Positions 23,023-35,320 of a DNA stretch of 64,000 bases are shown one piece after another. The stretch's first letter is position 1, and the number at the start of each line of letters is the position of its first letter. Under the pieces are notes generated by a model, which ran no database searches, was not told the DNA's origin, and was given only the letters and a program-made list of their open reading frames with translations. Both the position numbers and the translations under genes were made by a program. The stretch covers positions 7,303-71,302 of the forward strand of contig MU271302.1 in the NCBI GenBank assembly GCA_021432655.1, read 5' to 3'. The DNA comes from Atractiella rhizophila. Lineage: Eukaryota.

Positions 23023-25888
23023 GTGCCGTCGAGCTTGAGGCTTTAGAGCGGTGGCGTGCGCTAGATGTTTCCTGCTCCGTCATCGTTTGAGAAGAGATAG
23101 CAGACTAGAACCCAAAACCCATGTTAGTGAGACAAAGAATATCAAAGGTGGAGATAAAATCATGCCTGATTTGCCTCAGCAGCAGCGGGCGCGAACGTCC
23201 TAACCCTTCGCATCTTGACGTGATTGAAATGTGATGAAGATTGAATTAAAAGTTGAACTGAGGTCCCAACCTGTGAAGTGAGAGACTATTTGGATGAACA
23301 GTGTGGAAGAAGGGTAAGACTGATGGATCCTTTCGTTGTTGGGACACAGTAGTTGGTCGCATGCCTTTATTTCATGTGGAGAACTCGAACTTCAAGCAGG
23401 AGGATGTTTTGGTTGTGTGTCGGGCGAAAAGAATTAACCCTGTGTGGATGAATGGAGCGATTCAAGTGGCAGATGTGGGGAATGGATGTTCCACCTGGCA
23501 GTTGGAATCAAGAGTGTGCGTTTGCAAGGAAGCCCTCCATACCTGCAGTCATGAATATTATCTGGTTTGATGCTCCCCGCTCCCCCTTTCCCAGGCTGCA
23601 AAGACGAATCGAATTAGCTCACAGATTGTTGGGGAGGCAGGGAAGACCTGCTTATGGAGGACAAAAGGAGGCCTAACTGAGTCGAGAAATCGCGCTCGGC
23701 AAAATTTCAGCAGACCTTGGATAGGGGAGAGAATCTCAGTTTGGCTATGGTGTAAGAGAACGACGTGGGCGAAATATTAGAGCGTGTACAACTCACCAGC
23801 CTGAGTGACGTGCAGCAAATTGCTCCTCCTTCCCTGCGCGCCTCTCTTACGCGAGTGAGTAAGAAGACAGGATATTCTAAGGTATTCCTGTCGCCAGCGT
23901 CTCTGAAGGAAGTCGGTTGGTAGGGCAGGGGGGGACGGATGTGGTTCGATCCAGGTGGCTTCACACTCAGCTTCCTCCTCACATGAAGCCAGAAAGCAAT
24001 GCTGTCGTTGTAAGAGAAATAGGTACCCGTTTGTCCATATATACAGTATGCAAAGGTAGTACACCTAGGATGACAGGCAAGTCCTGCATTCTAATAGGAT
24101 CGTTGACGCATAGGTACGTTTTGTGCGTTGATATACGTTGATATGCGAGTAACTCTTGAAGCTTGAAGGGCAGGAGAAAGCAAAAGGTGTCCCACCTTTC
24201 GAATCGCCTTTGCATGGTTAGTTTCTGGAGCGACAAAGACCAACCTTCATCGTCAATCTTCCCTTACCTCATATCGCAAGAAAGCAAGGAGAACAAATAA
24301 AAGTTTCGTCCTTTGGTACTATCATATTACGACAGATATGAGGATTCTGTAGGAAGACAGCCTTGCTTGCATGGAGGGCCATCGTCCCCTTTGGATAACG
24401 GCGCAGAGCTTCGGCGATGTCCCACTCCTGCATCCTGCTCCATCGCGTCGCATAAAATCAGCATTGTGAGAGGAAAAAGTCAACATTAAGGAAGGTAAAC
24501 AACGTGGTCGAGGAGAGTAACATTCCCGGTTCCATCTCCTAATCCCTCATTCGCAGCCAGCTAGTCACTCAACCCTTGCTTCATCGTCTTCGCTAGCAGC
24601 CCTGTCTCCCACTCCTCATCTCATCTCGACGCCCTTTCCTCGAAATCCTTCTTCAATCGCCCTCATCTCTTCCTCCCATTTCCTCGACATCAGCTCTCCA
24701 CGTCCCCGTCTACGCCCGCTTCCCGTCCAATGTCCTCCACCTCCGTTCCGGAACCTTGCCCGCTACCACTCCTACAAAGGACCTTTGAGGAAGCATCCTA
24801 GTTCGCTGAATATCCCGACATAGTTCCAGCGAGCGGGTGAAGGAAGTTGGAGGCGAATGGCGAATGGCGAAGACGAAAGATGGACGCTTGGCGTGTTCCT
24901 GCCAAGTTGTAAAAGCGGAAGGAGGGGGCAGAGGTACAGGACGGTTAAGCGGAGGGAGGTCGTTCGTGCCAATCCAGCGGAGAACTCGTTGAGTGGTTAT
25001 GTGATGTCGCGCTAGCCGAAGAGCAGAGAGGTGGTAGGTAGGTGGTGCATGTGCTTTCGACCCTTCTCCACCGCTCCACCCTACTGTCCTCACCCTCCTC
25101 CTCTGCAGGATATGCGTTCTGCTTAAACCAAATCATCCCCTTCCGTCTCGCCCACGAACCCACCTCGATCAACCGAGATCAACCTATCTTCTCTGTCTTC
25201 CCTCTGCCGCGTTCTCTACACCAACTTGTATGTGGGGCTGCTCCGGCTGCTCTATCTGGATAAACGGAAGGAGAAAGGAGACGGAAGACGCGGAGCAACA
25301 ACGTGGTGTTAGCTGTTGTGCCACGCGAGTAGATCCACTGTAAACGCGCTTTGGGAGGTTCTACAGTATGTCGGGTGGTGGCACGTCAGGTGAGTGAAGG
25401 TAACGGTGAAGACAGAGTTGCGGAGATGGAATGCAAGCGATTGTACATTTTGTCCTGTTTGTCAACAAGTTGGTTCACATTTAATTGGACGTCATGCCCG
25501 AGTCCTCCTAGGTCGTAATATAAAACATCTTCCCAGCTAGCAAAAGGAGTGCTCAAGTCACCTTCGAAGTACTGATGGGGGTGGCTGCTAACTCAAAGAA
25601 CTTGCGTTGTAGTTGCAATGCCAGTAACAGTCTTGTATTGTACAAATTTTTGATGAGCTATAACTAAACTTTCGGTCAATAACTTTGATGGATCCCTGCA
25701 CCAAGTTGGGTAAGCTTAGTGGCACCCTTTCAGGCCATAATCAAAGTGCTAGGCATGATGAGTGAAATCATGGCACAAGCCTTCAGCGACGTCGGGCGTG
25801 TCCGAAGGCTGGCTGAGCACTCACAATCGATATGAGAGTCAGCCCAGTCGCGTTGTACATGTACGAGAATCGCAAAGAGCCTTCTTCG

Positions 25889-27529
25889 CTAGTCCCCAGG
25901 CTCCCAAATGCCTGACCCGTCCGTCCTTGCGTACTTTGCCATCGTACTCCTCGCAATCGCAATCTCCTCCTCGCTCCACTCTCCAAAGAATAAATGAACC
26001 TGAAGATGCTCCCCTATCTTGCTCCCATCTTCCCGATCACCCTTCTCAGCTCCCCTCAACCGCCAATCCCCAAAGAACCAGCGGATAAAGTCTGGGAAGT
26101 CGGACGAGTCCACCACACAGTACGAGAGCCATATCTTCTGTATCACCGTTGCATTTTTGAGGGTGCTGAAGAACTTGCGGGAAACGAGGTTTGACGTTTC
26201 TTCGCCCCCATAGAGGAACAGATCGGTGAGGTGTGTGAGGTGTGATAAGTCGAGCGGGGTGGGTAGGATGGAGGTCTTTCCGGTAACAGAGAAGGGGGAC
26301 AGCTTGATATTGAGATATTCCAGAAGAGGCGGCAGAGTGTAGTCTGAGATGGAAGAAGGGAGTGGACACATATTGGAGAGTTGGAGGTGCTTGAGAGTGC
26401 GTGAGAGGGAGAGCGACGGGAGAGGTGGGTACTTGTCGAGGCCTAGGTATTCGAGGCGAGAGGATAAGCGAAGACCTGCTGAAGCTGAAGCGGGAGAGTC
26501 CTCCACACCACTCCAAACTCTGAACTTTCTGATCCTGTCACCCATCCTCTGCATAAAGTTCTCGATCTTCTCCTTCCTCCACTTTCTCGAACCCGTCTTT
26601 CTGAAAGTCACGTCATTCATCCGTTCCAAACCTTCGATTGCATTCAACACAATACTCGCTTCCTCTTCATTCCAAAATGCATCCATCACCACTTCCGTAA
26701 CATTCGGCGAGCCTGCGATGACCTCCTTCACCATCCTAACATCCATGCTTTTGTCAAACGTCAGTTTATTCCACAGTCGTCCAGCACTTGGATAGCGTTT
26801 CAACCACTCATACTTACGCACCAAAGAATGAGGTTCATCCCAATAAGGAACTGAAACTTCCTTCCACAGCTCGCAGACGTTAGAGAGATTAGAAGTCTGG
26901 TCAAGGAAACTGAATGCGAGGGATAGGAGCTCGACGGGCAAGCGCGAGATTGAGCATGGAGTAAGAGGTGGGACAGAGAGTTGGATGATGGTAGCTGTCG
27001 TGAGGGATGGGAGCGATGATGATTCGTTCTCACCGATGGGGATGAAGTGGCGTTTATGTGTGGAGTATGACGCAATGGGGGCGAATATGGCATTCTGGCG
27101 AAAAAAAGGAAATGTGCGAGTAAATGGATCGAAATATGAAGCAAGCGGGTAGGACTCCGATTTGAAGTCTCTTTCGATAGACGAAGTATGCCCTCCAACG
27201 GCCAAAAAGGCTACTGAGACATTTTCGGTGTTGATAGTAATGTGAAGATTGATTGCACCATCGTTGCGGAGGACATTTTTGGCCCTTTTAAGTGATAAAT
27301 AAGACAATTTTGATGACATCTCCGCAAGTTTCCGCTTTCTCAATGATTGCGATAAGGCAAAAGAAATCCGGAGTGTGTGAATTGACGCAGGGAGGCAAGC
27401 TAGGAAAGATGGAAGAATGGAGAGGTGGATGGAATGGCTGGAGTCGTGCGGGGTGATAACATGGGCTAATGTCGTCCAGTTTGGTTCTTGAGAGCCGTAG
27501 AAAATGCCAGCTATTTGCTCCTCCGTCAT
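25889..27529 (-). CDS. F-box/LRR-like protein, copy D (full length)
   Basis: Uninterrupted 546-aa ORF from the family start MTEEQ through the N-domain, F-box (ISRLPVELLSLAFSFL..LSNVCELWKEVS) and LRRs to SGIWEPGD*. Confidence 0.88.
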   Translation of the reverse strand: MTEEQIAGIFYGSQEPNWTTLAHVITPHDSSHSIHLSILPSFLACLPASIHTLRISFALSQSLRKRKLAEMSSKLSYLSLKRAKNVLRNDGAINLHITINTENVSVAFLAVGGHTSSIERDFKSESYPLASYFDPFTRTFPFFRQNAIFAPIASYSTHKRHFIPIGENESSSLPSLTTATIIQLSVPPLTPCSISRLPVELLSLAFSFLDQTSNLSNVCELWKEVSVPYWDEPHSLVRKYEWLKRYPSAGRLWNKLTFDKSMDVRMVKEVIAGSPNVTEVVMDAFWNEEEASIVLNAIEGLERMNDVTFRKTGSRKWRKEKIENFMQRMGDRIRKFRVWSGVEDSPASASAGLRLSSRLEYLGLDKYPPLPSLSLSRTLKHLQLSNMCPLPSSISDYTLPPLLEYLNIKLSPFSVTGKTSILPTPLDLSHLTHLTDLFLYGGEETSNLVSRKFFSTLKNATVIQKIWLSYCVVDSSDFPDFIRWFFGDWRLRGAEKGDREDGSKIGEHLQVHLFFGEWSEEEIAIARSTMAKYARTDGSGIWEPGD

Positions 27530-28430
27530 TGTTTGAGAAGAGGGAGCAAACTAGAACCATAACCCACGTTAAGAGGTAGAAAGCCGAAGTTGGAGATGAA
27601 ACCATGCCTGGGTGGTGTCATCAGCAGGGGTTAACATCCTCTTTACCCTCCTCATCCTGACGAAATGATTGAAAGGGTGACGAAGAGCGTCAAAGAAGGT
27701 GAACCGAGTTCGAAACTGTGAGCTGTTAGACGACCTGGATGAACAGTTCGTGGAGAATCAAGGAGAATGGCGAAATCTATGGTCGTTTATGGGGATAGAA
27801 GTGTGTTGGGTGCCTTCAAGTTTAATTGATGCCGAAGTCAGAGTGGAGGACGTCTCGTTCGTTTGGACGTCGACAATTGAACTTCTGTGAATGAATGGGG
27901 CGATTCGACGGAGAAAATGGGCAACGGACGTTGGATCTGGCCGATGGACAAGTTGGAATCAGAAGCAGTTCGAAGGAAAGGCGTGCGTACCTGTGGTGCT
28001 GTTACTGTTTGGGGGGGCAGGGCCTCGAGTTGAGAGACTCAGAGTCGTTTGGGAGAATAGAAGTAGACCATAAAATGGAGCAAAGAATGTATATGACTTT
28101 CAGCTGTCGTTCTAGGGAAGTCTGCAGGCAAGATATCAGAACCAGAATAGATCACGAATGACATCCAGCGAATTACGGCTCATTCGCTGTGCCATCTCTG
28201 ACTCCCCTTATCCATATACTTGTTATAGAACCTATTGTAGAGCTCGAGCTGCTTCTTCGTTACGTTACTGGATCTGGTTTCTGAGTACATGGAGGAACGA
28301 GGAGTGATGCTGCCTGGAGAATCGAGGGATCTCTCTCCGAGCGGCCCATCACATCCTTATCCTTATATAAAAAGCACGACGGGTTTTGACCATGACTCAC
28401 ACATGTACTTTTGAGCCCTTATATCATCGC

Positions 28431-28696
28431 CCACAACAGTCCTTTCAAAATTCTGAGCATACAGCAAGAATACGCGTGTCGGCGCCCTTCGAACCGTATA
28501 CAGCAAAGCCCATTTGAAAGACGAAAAAAAAATTGTTTTCCCCAACTGACTCATGTGACTTCTTGGTCCACAACAACCCCCTCAAAATTCTGAGCATACC
28601 ACCAGAATACGCGTGTCAGCGCCTTTCCAACCGTATACAATAAAGCTTATTTAAAGGACAAAAAATAGTTGTCTTCCATGACTGAGTCAAGTGACC
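28431..28696 (+). repeat. Two-copy ~135-bp tandem repeat in the Helitron 5' subterminal region
   Basis: CCACAAC..TCAAAATTCTGAGCATAC..AGAATACGCGTGTC..AACCGTATACA occurs at ~28431 and ~28568. Confidence 0.85.
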
Positions 28697-30866
28697 GACT
28701 TCGGCACTTTGACAAAAAATTTCCTTACCTACTCAAATAAGGCAGCAAGGTACAGAGTTTGCGCGATGGTGTAGTTGGTGTATGGTTGGGTAGTTGAGTC
28801 TTGACTGATTGGTGTTGGTGTGGGTTCGATTCTCTGTCATGTCACATTTTGTCACCGCCAAATCCTATTGTGTGCAAACTGCGTGCCCACAATCTTCTCA
28901 TGTCATGCACCAAAAACTGTTGTTTGCCAACTATGGGGGAAAGTGAGCAAGCATTCATGCAAGTGAAACAGTTTCTTTCACCACAAATATGCTTCCTAAC
29001 TTTCTACCATAGTATCCCTCAGCCTGTTAGGATCAAATCAAATCAAGCAAAAAAAGCATAGGTGTGTGGACTCTGGCTTATATATTCTTCACTCATAACA
29101 TTTTGTTATGTGCAGCAAGCTACACTCTTATGCCACGTGCAATTCAGAGAAATCAAACAAGAAATCGAGAGCATCGATCCAAACGCCATCAATGTCTGCA
29201 GCAGGAGGCACCACTATACCAAGGTCGACCTGTAAGAGAGAGGCAATGCCCTGCACGTTTTAATCCTACTCCACCTACTCCATCTCAACATGAGACAAGA
29301 TCAACTAGGGCTCCACATCAGTGTCAGCGTCACCGTCGAAGCTCTTCCACTATCTATATCATCACAACCAGCTCAACCACATTGGAGACAGCATTCAACC
29401 TCCCCTGAGGAGTACAGTGAAGAAGAAACCTCTCCTGATCCTGATGGTATGGACAGTGATGAGGATAGGGCATTAATCCCGTTGTTGTGAGGTGAAATAA
29501 GGCAACATCACTATCCTGCATTCAACTACTCACCTGATATGGATCTTGAGGCACACCACCTCTCTACTTGCGGATTACTTTGTACACATTGCAAAGCCTT
29601 TCATTGGATGGAAGAGAAGATCATTAACAGCCCACAATGAAATCCAAAGTTTGCATTGTGCTTTGTCTCCACAGCAAGGTGCTGCTACCTGTTCCTCCGC
29701 CTCCGCCTAAAGAGCGCTACAAAAGCTTTTTACACATCACAGTACAACAGGTAAGTATTTCTATTCAATTTTTTGCATATACATATCTGAGAGGAAAAAT
29801 CATTATAGAGTCAAAGGCATTTTGAGAGCATATCAGGGTATTCAATAATGCTTTTGCCTTTACATCCTTAGGCGTCCGCCAGGTATCAATTCCTGGACAT
29901 GGTCCCTACTCCTTCAAAATTCAGGGAGAGCTGTGCCACCTTATTGGCACTCTTTTACCACAACAAGAAGGGTGTGAAACATTTGCACAGGTCTACATTA
30001 CAGATTCAGCTGTACAGACTGAACGAAGAGTTGGCAACACTTCAATATCACTGAATCGTAGGACGCTTGAAGACCTTCAGGCTATGCTCTTCCATGTCAA
30101 CCCATATCCCAGGATCTACAACTTTGCAAAAGAAAGAATGGAACAGGATCCCACTACAACACTACATCTTCGCACAGTCGCCCCACGAGATAGGGACCCA
30201 AGATGCTACAACATTCCTGTAGCCAGTGAAGTTGCTGTAGGGATGGTAGGAGACGGTAACAGAGAAGAATATGGAGTGGGCCGGAGATATTGTCATCCAG
30301 CTCAGGGCAACCAGGACCGGTAGCAACTTACAGCGTGTGTTTCCATATGGGGACCAAGGATGGCATCTGCAGATTCCGTATCGAGACCTGCCTGCAGATC
30401 TTCCTCCTCACTAGTGAGAGCACTTCAATGATGACGGCATGCAAGTTGGTAATTCTTGGGTTTGACAACGTGTCAGCCAAATGGAGTTCTATTCTTACAC
30501 GTTGCATCAACGAAATGATATATTCTCACTCCCTCTCTACGGTGGTCAGCTACTGCAAGAATTGGTAGTCGATGCTTATGCTCAAATTGAGGCGAATCGA
30601 CTCCGCTATCTGCGGTTCAATCAGTCTATTCTTTGAGCCGAGGTGTATCAAGGTCTTACGGATGCCCTTGCAGAAGGCTATTCTTTAGAAGATATCGGGA
30701 GGCGGACTATATTACCATCAAGTTTCACTTGCGGTCCATGTTCAATGAATCAGCTGTTCCAGGATGCAATGCGTATAGTTGGTGCCAAAGAACCCCCAAT
30801 ATCTTTACAACCTTCACTTGCAACCCACACTGGGCAGAGATCACAGAAGCCCTCCTACCAGGACAA

Positions 30867-31278
30867 TGTTAGGGCTGACACTATGTGCGGTCGCCGATGG
30901 GCGATGCGTCTGTAGTGGAGATAAACCTAAGTGCATGATATGACATGAAGACTAACCTGTAGTGGAGATAAACCTAAGAGAATACTCTAAGGTCACCTCC
31001 ACTACTCTCTGATCTATATATACAAGCGGAATACACTGCCACAGAGCATAGAGGAGAGCAGATGAAACATGTAAGAGAACTAAAAGGGGAAGTGACGGTG
31101 GGATTATGTGGAGTTAATAAGAGGAGGATAGGCACAATTGGGCTAAGTGGTAATGTAGGTGCAAATGGGCGACGGGAGACGCAGTGGCGACGGACGCCGA
31201 TTCGCAGGGAACACAAATGGGCGATAGGAGAGAAATTCCGCGAAAGGGCGCCGATTCGCGTAAGATGCAAACCTGACA
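30867..31278. mobile_element. Solo LTR inserted in the Helitron Rep gene
   Basis: Termini TGTTAGG...CCTGACA with a 5-bp TSD GACAA at 30862-30866 and 31279-31283. Excision restores LLPGQ-KPEDRPD. Confidence 0.9.
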
Positions 31279-32499
31279 GACAAAAACCAGAGGATCGACC
31301 AGATTTGGTTTCAAGGGTTTTTCGACTGAAGGCTCTGGAGTACATCAAGGATTTAGTGGTAGACAGATTTTTGGAAGGGTTATCAGATATGTCTGGGTCA
31401 TTGAATGTCAGAAGAGAGGTCTACCACGTGCCCACATCATGTGGATGGCATCAACGATCACTTGATTCAGTGGCTCGAATCCATAGGAGATTGGGTATAT
31501 TATAGGGCAGATCAAATTATAGATGACAAGGGAGATCTCAGAAATCGCTTCTCTGTCAAGTACCTGAATACCCTGGAGATCTCTGGATTCCCTTCGCATC
31601 GTTTACACCTCAAGACTGGTGCGCCCATCATTCTTCTGTGAAATCTCAATCCATCTGCTGGCCTGTGCAATGGCACGTGGCTCATTGTCACTCAGCTTCT
31701 CCGACGAGTCATCGAAGCAACCATCATTACAGGTGCACACAGTGGCGAATCAGTTCTCATTGCTCGAATTGGCATGGACAATCTGTTGGACATGTGGGTT
31801 TGTACTTAGAGTCTTCTCCTTTCTCTCATGGGCAGCTTTATGTTGGTCTTTCACGGGTTTCAAACGCAAACAATTTACAAGTATTGGTCAAAACAAAGCA
31901 AGGAGAAGAAAACAAGCAAACAGATAATGTAGTTTACAAGGAAGTATTACAAGTACTCAATCACTGATCATCTCAGCATGTTCCTAACAGTATAGTCAAA
32001 AGCTGAAGTGGTTCTCCGAGGTACGAGGAGACCACTCAGCTTTCATTGTTTTTTGAAGACAGTAGAGTACATATGGTGAGTCTGTGCTCGCCGAAGGCGA
32101 GGCCCCATGCAGTGGCTGCCAGAGGCAAGAGCTCCACGCAGTGGCCGCCAGAGGCTGGGGTCCAAGGGGCGCAAACTATGATAAAGATTGAGGAAAAAGT
32201 TGAACCGAGGTCCCAAACTGTGAGGGGCGAGATAAACAGTTCGTGGGAGAATCAAGGACAATGGAGAGTTCGATGGATCGTTTCAATGTCTGGATTATGA
32301 AGTGCTTTATTGACATGGAGAACTTGGACTACAAAGACCTGTGTAAATGAGTGAGGTGAATGAAGCAGAGAATGTGGGGAACGGCCTTTGGAACGTCCGT
32401 ACCTGCAATCGTGAACATCACGGTTTGATAATCCTCCATCCCCTTTCCTACATTGCAAAGACCTTTGAGTTGGTTCACAATTTGTTCGAGGTCACACAG

Positions 32500-33900
32500 A
32501 CTATAACGATGACAGCTACCATGGTTCCCTAGAGCTCGGGATAGATGGTCCGCTCGTGGAAGGCAACAGGAGAGACTCGGAGTTGTTCGATGGAGCTGAG
32601 GTAGGCCTTAATGGAGGGCAGACTGTCAGTTCGGGTTTTGATTGTGAGAGAAGTGTGTGCAAGATATTGAAGCGTGAATGACTCACAAATGACAACCAGC
32701 AAAGTGCACCTGTTCCTTCCCTTTCTACTCCTTCAGCTCCCCTATCAACCACTCTACACCGCTACTAACTGTACTATTCCTCCATCACTTACATCTTCCT
32801 CTCCTCCATCATTCTCCCTCATTCAGCTCTGAACTCGTTTGCCTTACATGCAGAGACCGAGATTCTCCTCATTCCCTTTCCTGCTTCCCACCCGGAAGCC
32901 CGTGAGCAAGAAGACTGTAAAGGAGGAATTCCTGTTGCTGCCATCTTACAGTGCGATCGTTCGTTGAAGGGGAGGAAGGACATCGTTCAATCGTGGTGGC
33001 TTAAAACTCGTCGTCTTCCTCGCATCAACTCAATGTAGTCGTTCGAATGGAAATATGTTTCTCACTCTGAGGACTGGGAGTAAGGAACGGTCAGCTGATA
33101 CCCTGGGATTCTTGTGAGAGACGAAGGAGAACGAACTCTTTGACTTTGTGCTGAACCTTGTGATGCCATGGACGATGTCGGAGGGGGATTGCGATTGGCA
33201 TGGCATTGTTTTATGGTAGATGTGTGGATTGATGGCGGTGAATAGAGAAGTCGTAGGAGGGAGGAACATAGTGGAGAGACGGCCATCAAAAGCTGTTCCA
33301 TGCAAAGTCAGTCTCCGAATCCAGCTAGTAAGTACCAGAACAGGAGCAATGCGGACCTGAACAGGAATGCTACAATCCCACGCAAGAAGAATGACAGTCC
33401 TACAAAAAAGTTTTGGCGCGATGGGTACTGTAACGTTCCACAGCGATAGTGACGTTGGTCCTTGCAAGGTGCTAACCCTAGCAGGGCAGCGAATCCCATC
33501 TGTATTGTTGGCGCACGGAGCTCTTGTGAGTCGATACACCTTGATCTGCGAGTGGACCTGGAAGCTTTAAGAGCAGCGGAAAGCGGAAGGTGTTCCGTCT
33601 TCGAATTGTCTGTGGATGGTCAGCTTGTGGAGTACCTGAGTCTAGCCGTCGTCAATCTCCGCTTGCCTTAGCAAAGAAATGTGTTACAAACCACTTTGAT
33701 GCCATGTGTGTGTTCGCAGGAAGCCAGCCTTGCTAGGATGACAGTGCCTGTCGTCCCCCTTTGGATAACCCGGCAGAGCTTTGACAAAGTGAACAACGCG
33801 TCCTGCTTCATCGCATCACATGGATTCAGCGTTGTGACGGCGAAAGAGGGTACAGTATGGAAGGCTGACAGCAAAGCAGATTAGTGTTACCTTCCAAGTT
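32500..33900 (-). pseudogene. Degenerate gene Y of unknown function (other copies at ~19000-20950, 23700-24550, 40650-41450, 54700-56320, 60500-61950)
   Basis: Recurrent peptide remnants (PSFAVTTLIPCDAMEQDA, ETGALWWLSFVS, QGQSQRVRSPS) appear in the ORF track in each unit, always broken by stops or frameshifts. Confidence 0.6.
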
Positions 33901-34019
33901 TGATCCCCCCATCCCTCATTCGTCAACCAGAGATTGCCACTCAATCGTCATCTCATCACATCAGGTTCGCTAGCACTCTTCATTCCGAAAGAAGCAGCAC
34001 CAATGCTGCACCGGTTCTC

Positions 34020-35270
34020 TACCATGCCACCTCCATCTCGACTCCCATTTCTCCTCGATGCTTTCTTCAATCCATTCTCATCCTCTCATCGTCCATTTCC
34101 TCGACATCACCTCTCCATCCAACATATGCTCCCGCTTTCCACGTAATTCCCCTCCCCTCCTCAACTCCGGAATCTCGCCTGTCCACTCTCCTAACAAAGA
34201 CATTAGAGAACGAGGGAGCCGTTTCCCCGAATGGTTCCAGCGAGCTGACTGGGAGAAGTCGGAGGGATGGATGATGAAAGGAAAGGTGGGTCGCTCGACG
34301 TGTCCCTCGCTGAGTTGCCAAAGTGGAAGGAGGGAGGATAGGGAAGGGGCTGGATTTTCGGTGTACAGTACCGTTGAGGAGAGAGGTCGTCCATGCCAAT
34401 GTCCTACAGAGAACTGCGGGTCAGTTATGTGATGCCCTGCTGGCGAAAGAGCAGACAGAGTGTACGGAGTGCGATGTTGTCCCCTCCTCTGCAGCACGCG
34501 CGGCCCCTATGCTGCTCAACCCTCAGCACGCATCCTGCAAACAAAAGCCTGCCCCCTGTCCTCCTACGCTTCCTCCGTCACCAAGTCCACGTCGATCAAT
34601 CCATCTCATCTCGCTGTACCTGCACCTCCGTCTGCCACCTTTTAAACCGTCTTGTCCGCAAGACTGCTCCTGCGGCTCTATTGGGACAAAAGGAAAGAGG
34701 AAGGATGGAGAAAGGAGACCGTTCCTGTGGTATTCGCTTGCGTGGCGCGAGTAGACCCGCTTCGTGTGCGCGTTGGAGCATCTACGTTACATTAGGTGCG
34801 GCACGTCAAGAGCAAAAGTAAAGGCAAAGGAGACGGCACTGAAGATGTTGGAGTGGAGATAGGATCGAGCGTGGAAAGAGACAGTGGTTGGTGAGGAGTC
34901 GAAGAGCATTTCGTATTTGTGTGGTGGAGAGTGGTTTTGGGATCGAGAGATGGGAGGGATGAAGAGGTTTCGTGTTGTCGAAGGAGAGGAGCCAGAATGG
35001 CTGCAGTCGAACAAGTTGCCGTGTGGACGGAGGCGCGTTGCGGGAACGGATGGTAGACCTAGCCGGACAACGTTGGAATTGAGAGAAGAGCTGGGCGCTG
35101 TGCGCTGAGGAAGTCGGAAGGAGCAACGCATACTCGACTTTTGAGCTGGAATGACATCATCAATCCCACTTTCTGCGGTGCGACGTTAGCCGCTCCACTC
35201 AACCCTTACCGGCCTCACCGATCATCGACTTCCAAAGCCGCACAAAGTGTCACCGACATCATGCGGACGA
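34020..35270 (+). pseudogene. Degenerate gene Z (other copies at ~24620-25430, 41545-43050, 56440-56780, 61990-63190)
   Basis: Recurrent remnants LQSILILS, FPEWFQRA and GRLRREVVI. Divergent from gene Y; broken frames in every copy. Confidence 0.55.
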
Positions 35271-35320
35271 TGAGCTGATTAGTGAAGGAGGAGTAATCAG
35301 GAGGAGTAAATACTGGTCGT

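Larger units (their letters stand above)
28354..32180 (+). mobile_element. Degenerate, internally deleted Helitron (RepHel remnants)
   Basis: 5' A|TCCTTATCCTTATATAAAAAG. Rep motifs CTHCKAFHWMEEK, NNAFAFTSLG, GPYSFKIQGELCH, VDAYAQIEANRL, TFTCNPHWAEI, DRPDLVSRVF, IECQKRGLPRAH. Pif1 helicase motifs LKTGAPIILL, GLCNGT, FSHGQLYVGLSRV, NVVYKEVL. GC-rich 3' hairpins at ~32000-32170. Many stops and frameshifts. Confidence 0.92.

Noticed and set aside
23935..23960. GGTTCGATCC B-box-like motif
   Set aside because: No A box or cloverleaf; it lies within decayed gene Y.
28760..28840. Functional tRNA gene
   Set aside because: Acceptor and anticodon stems cannot be formed; kept only as a promoter-like remnant.
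31062..31505. 147-aa ORF as a novel gene
   Set aside because: Chimeric read-through from the solo LTR into Helitron Rep.
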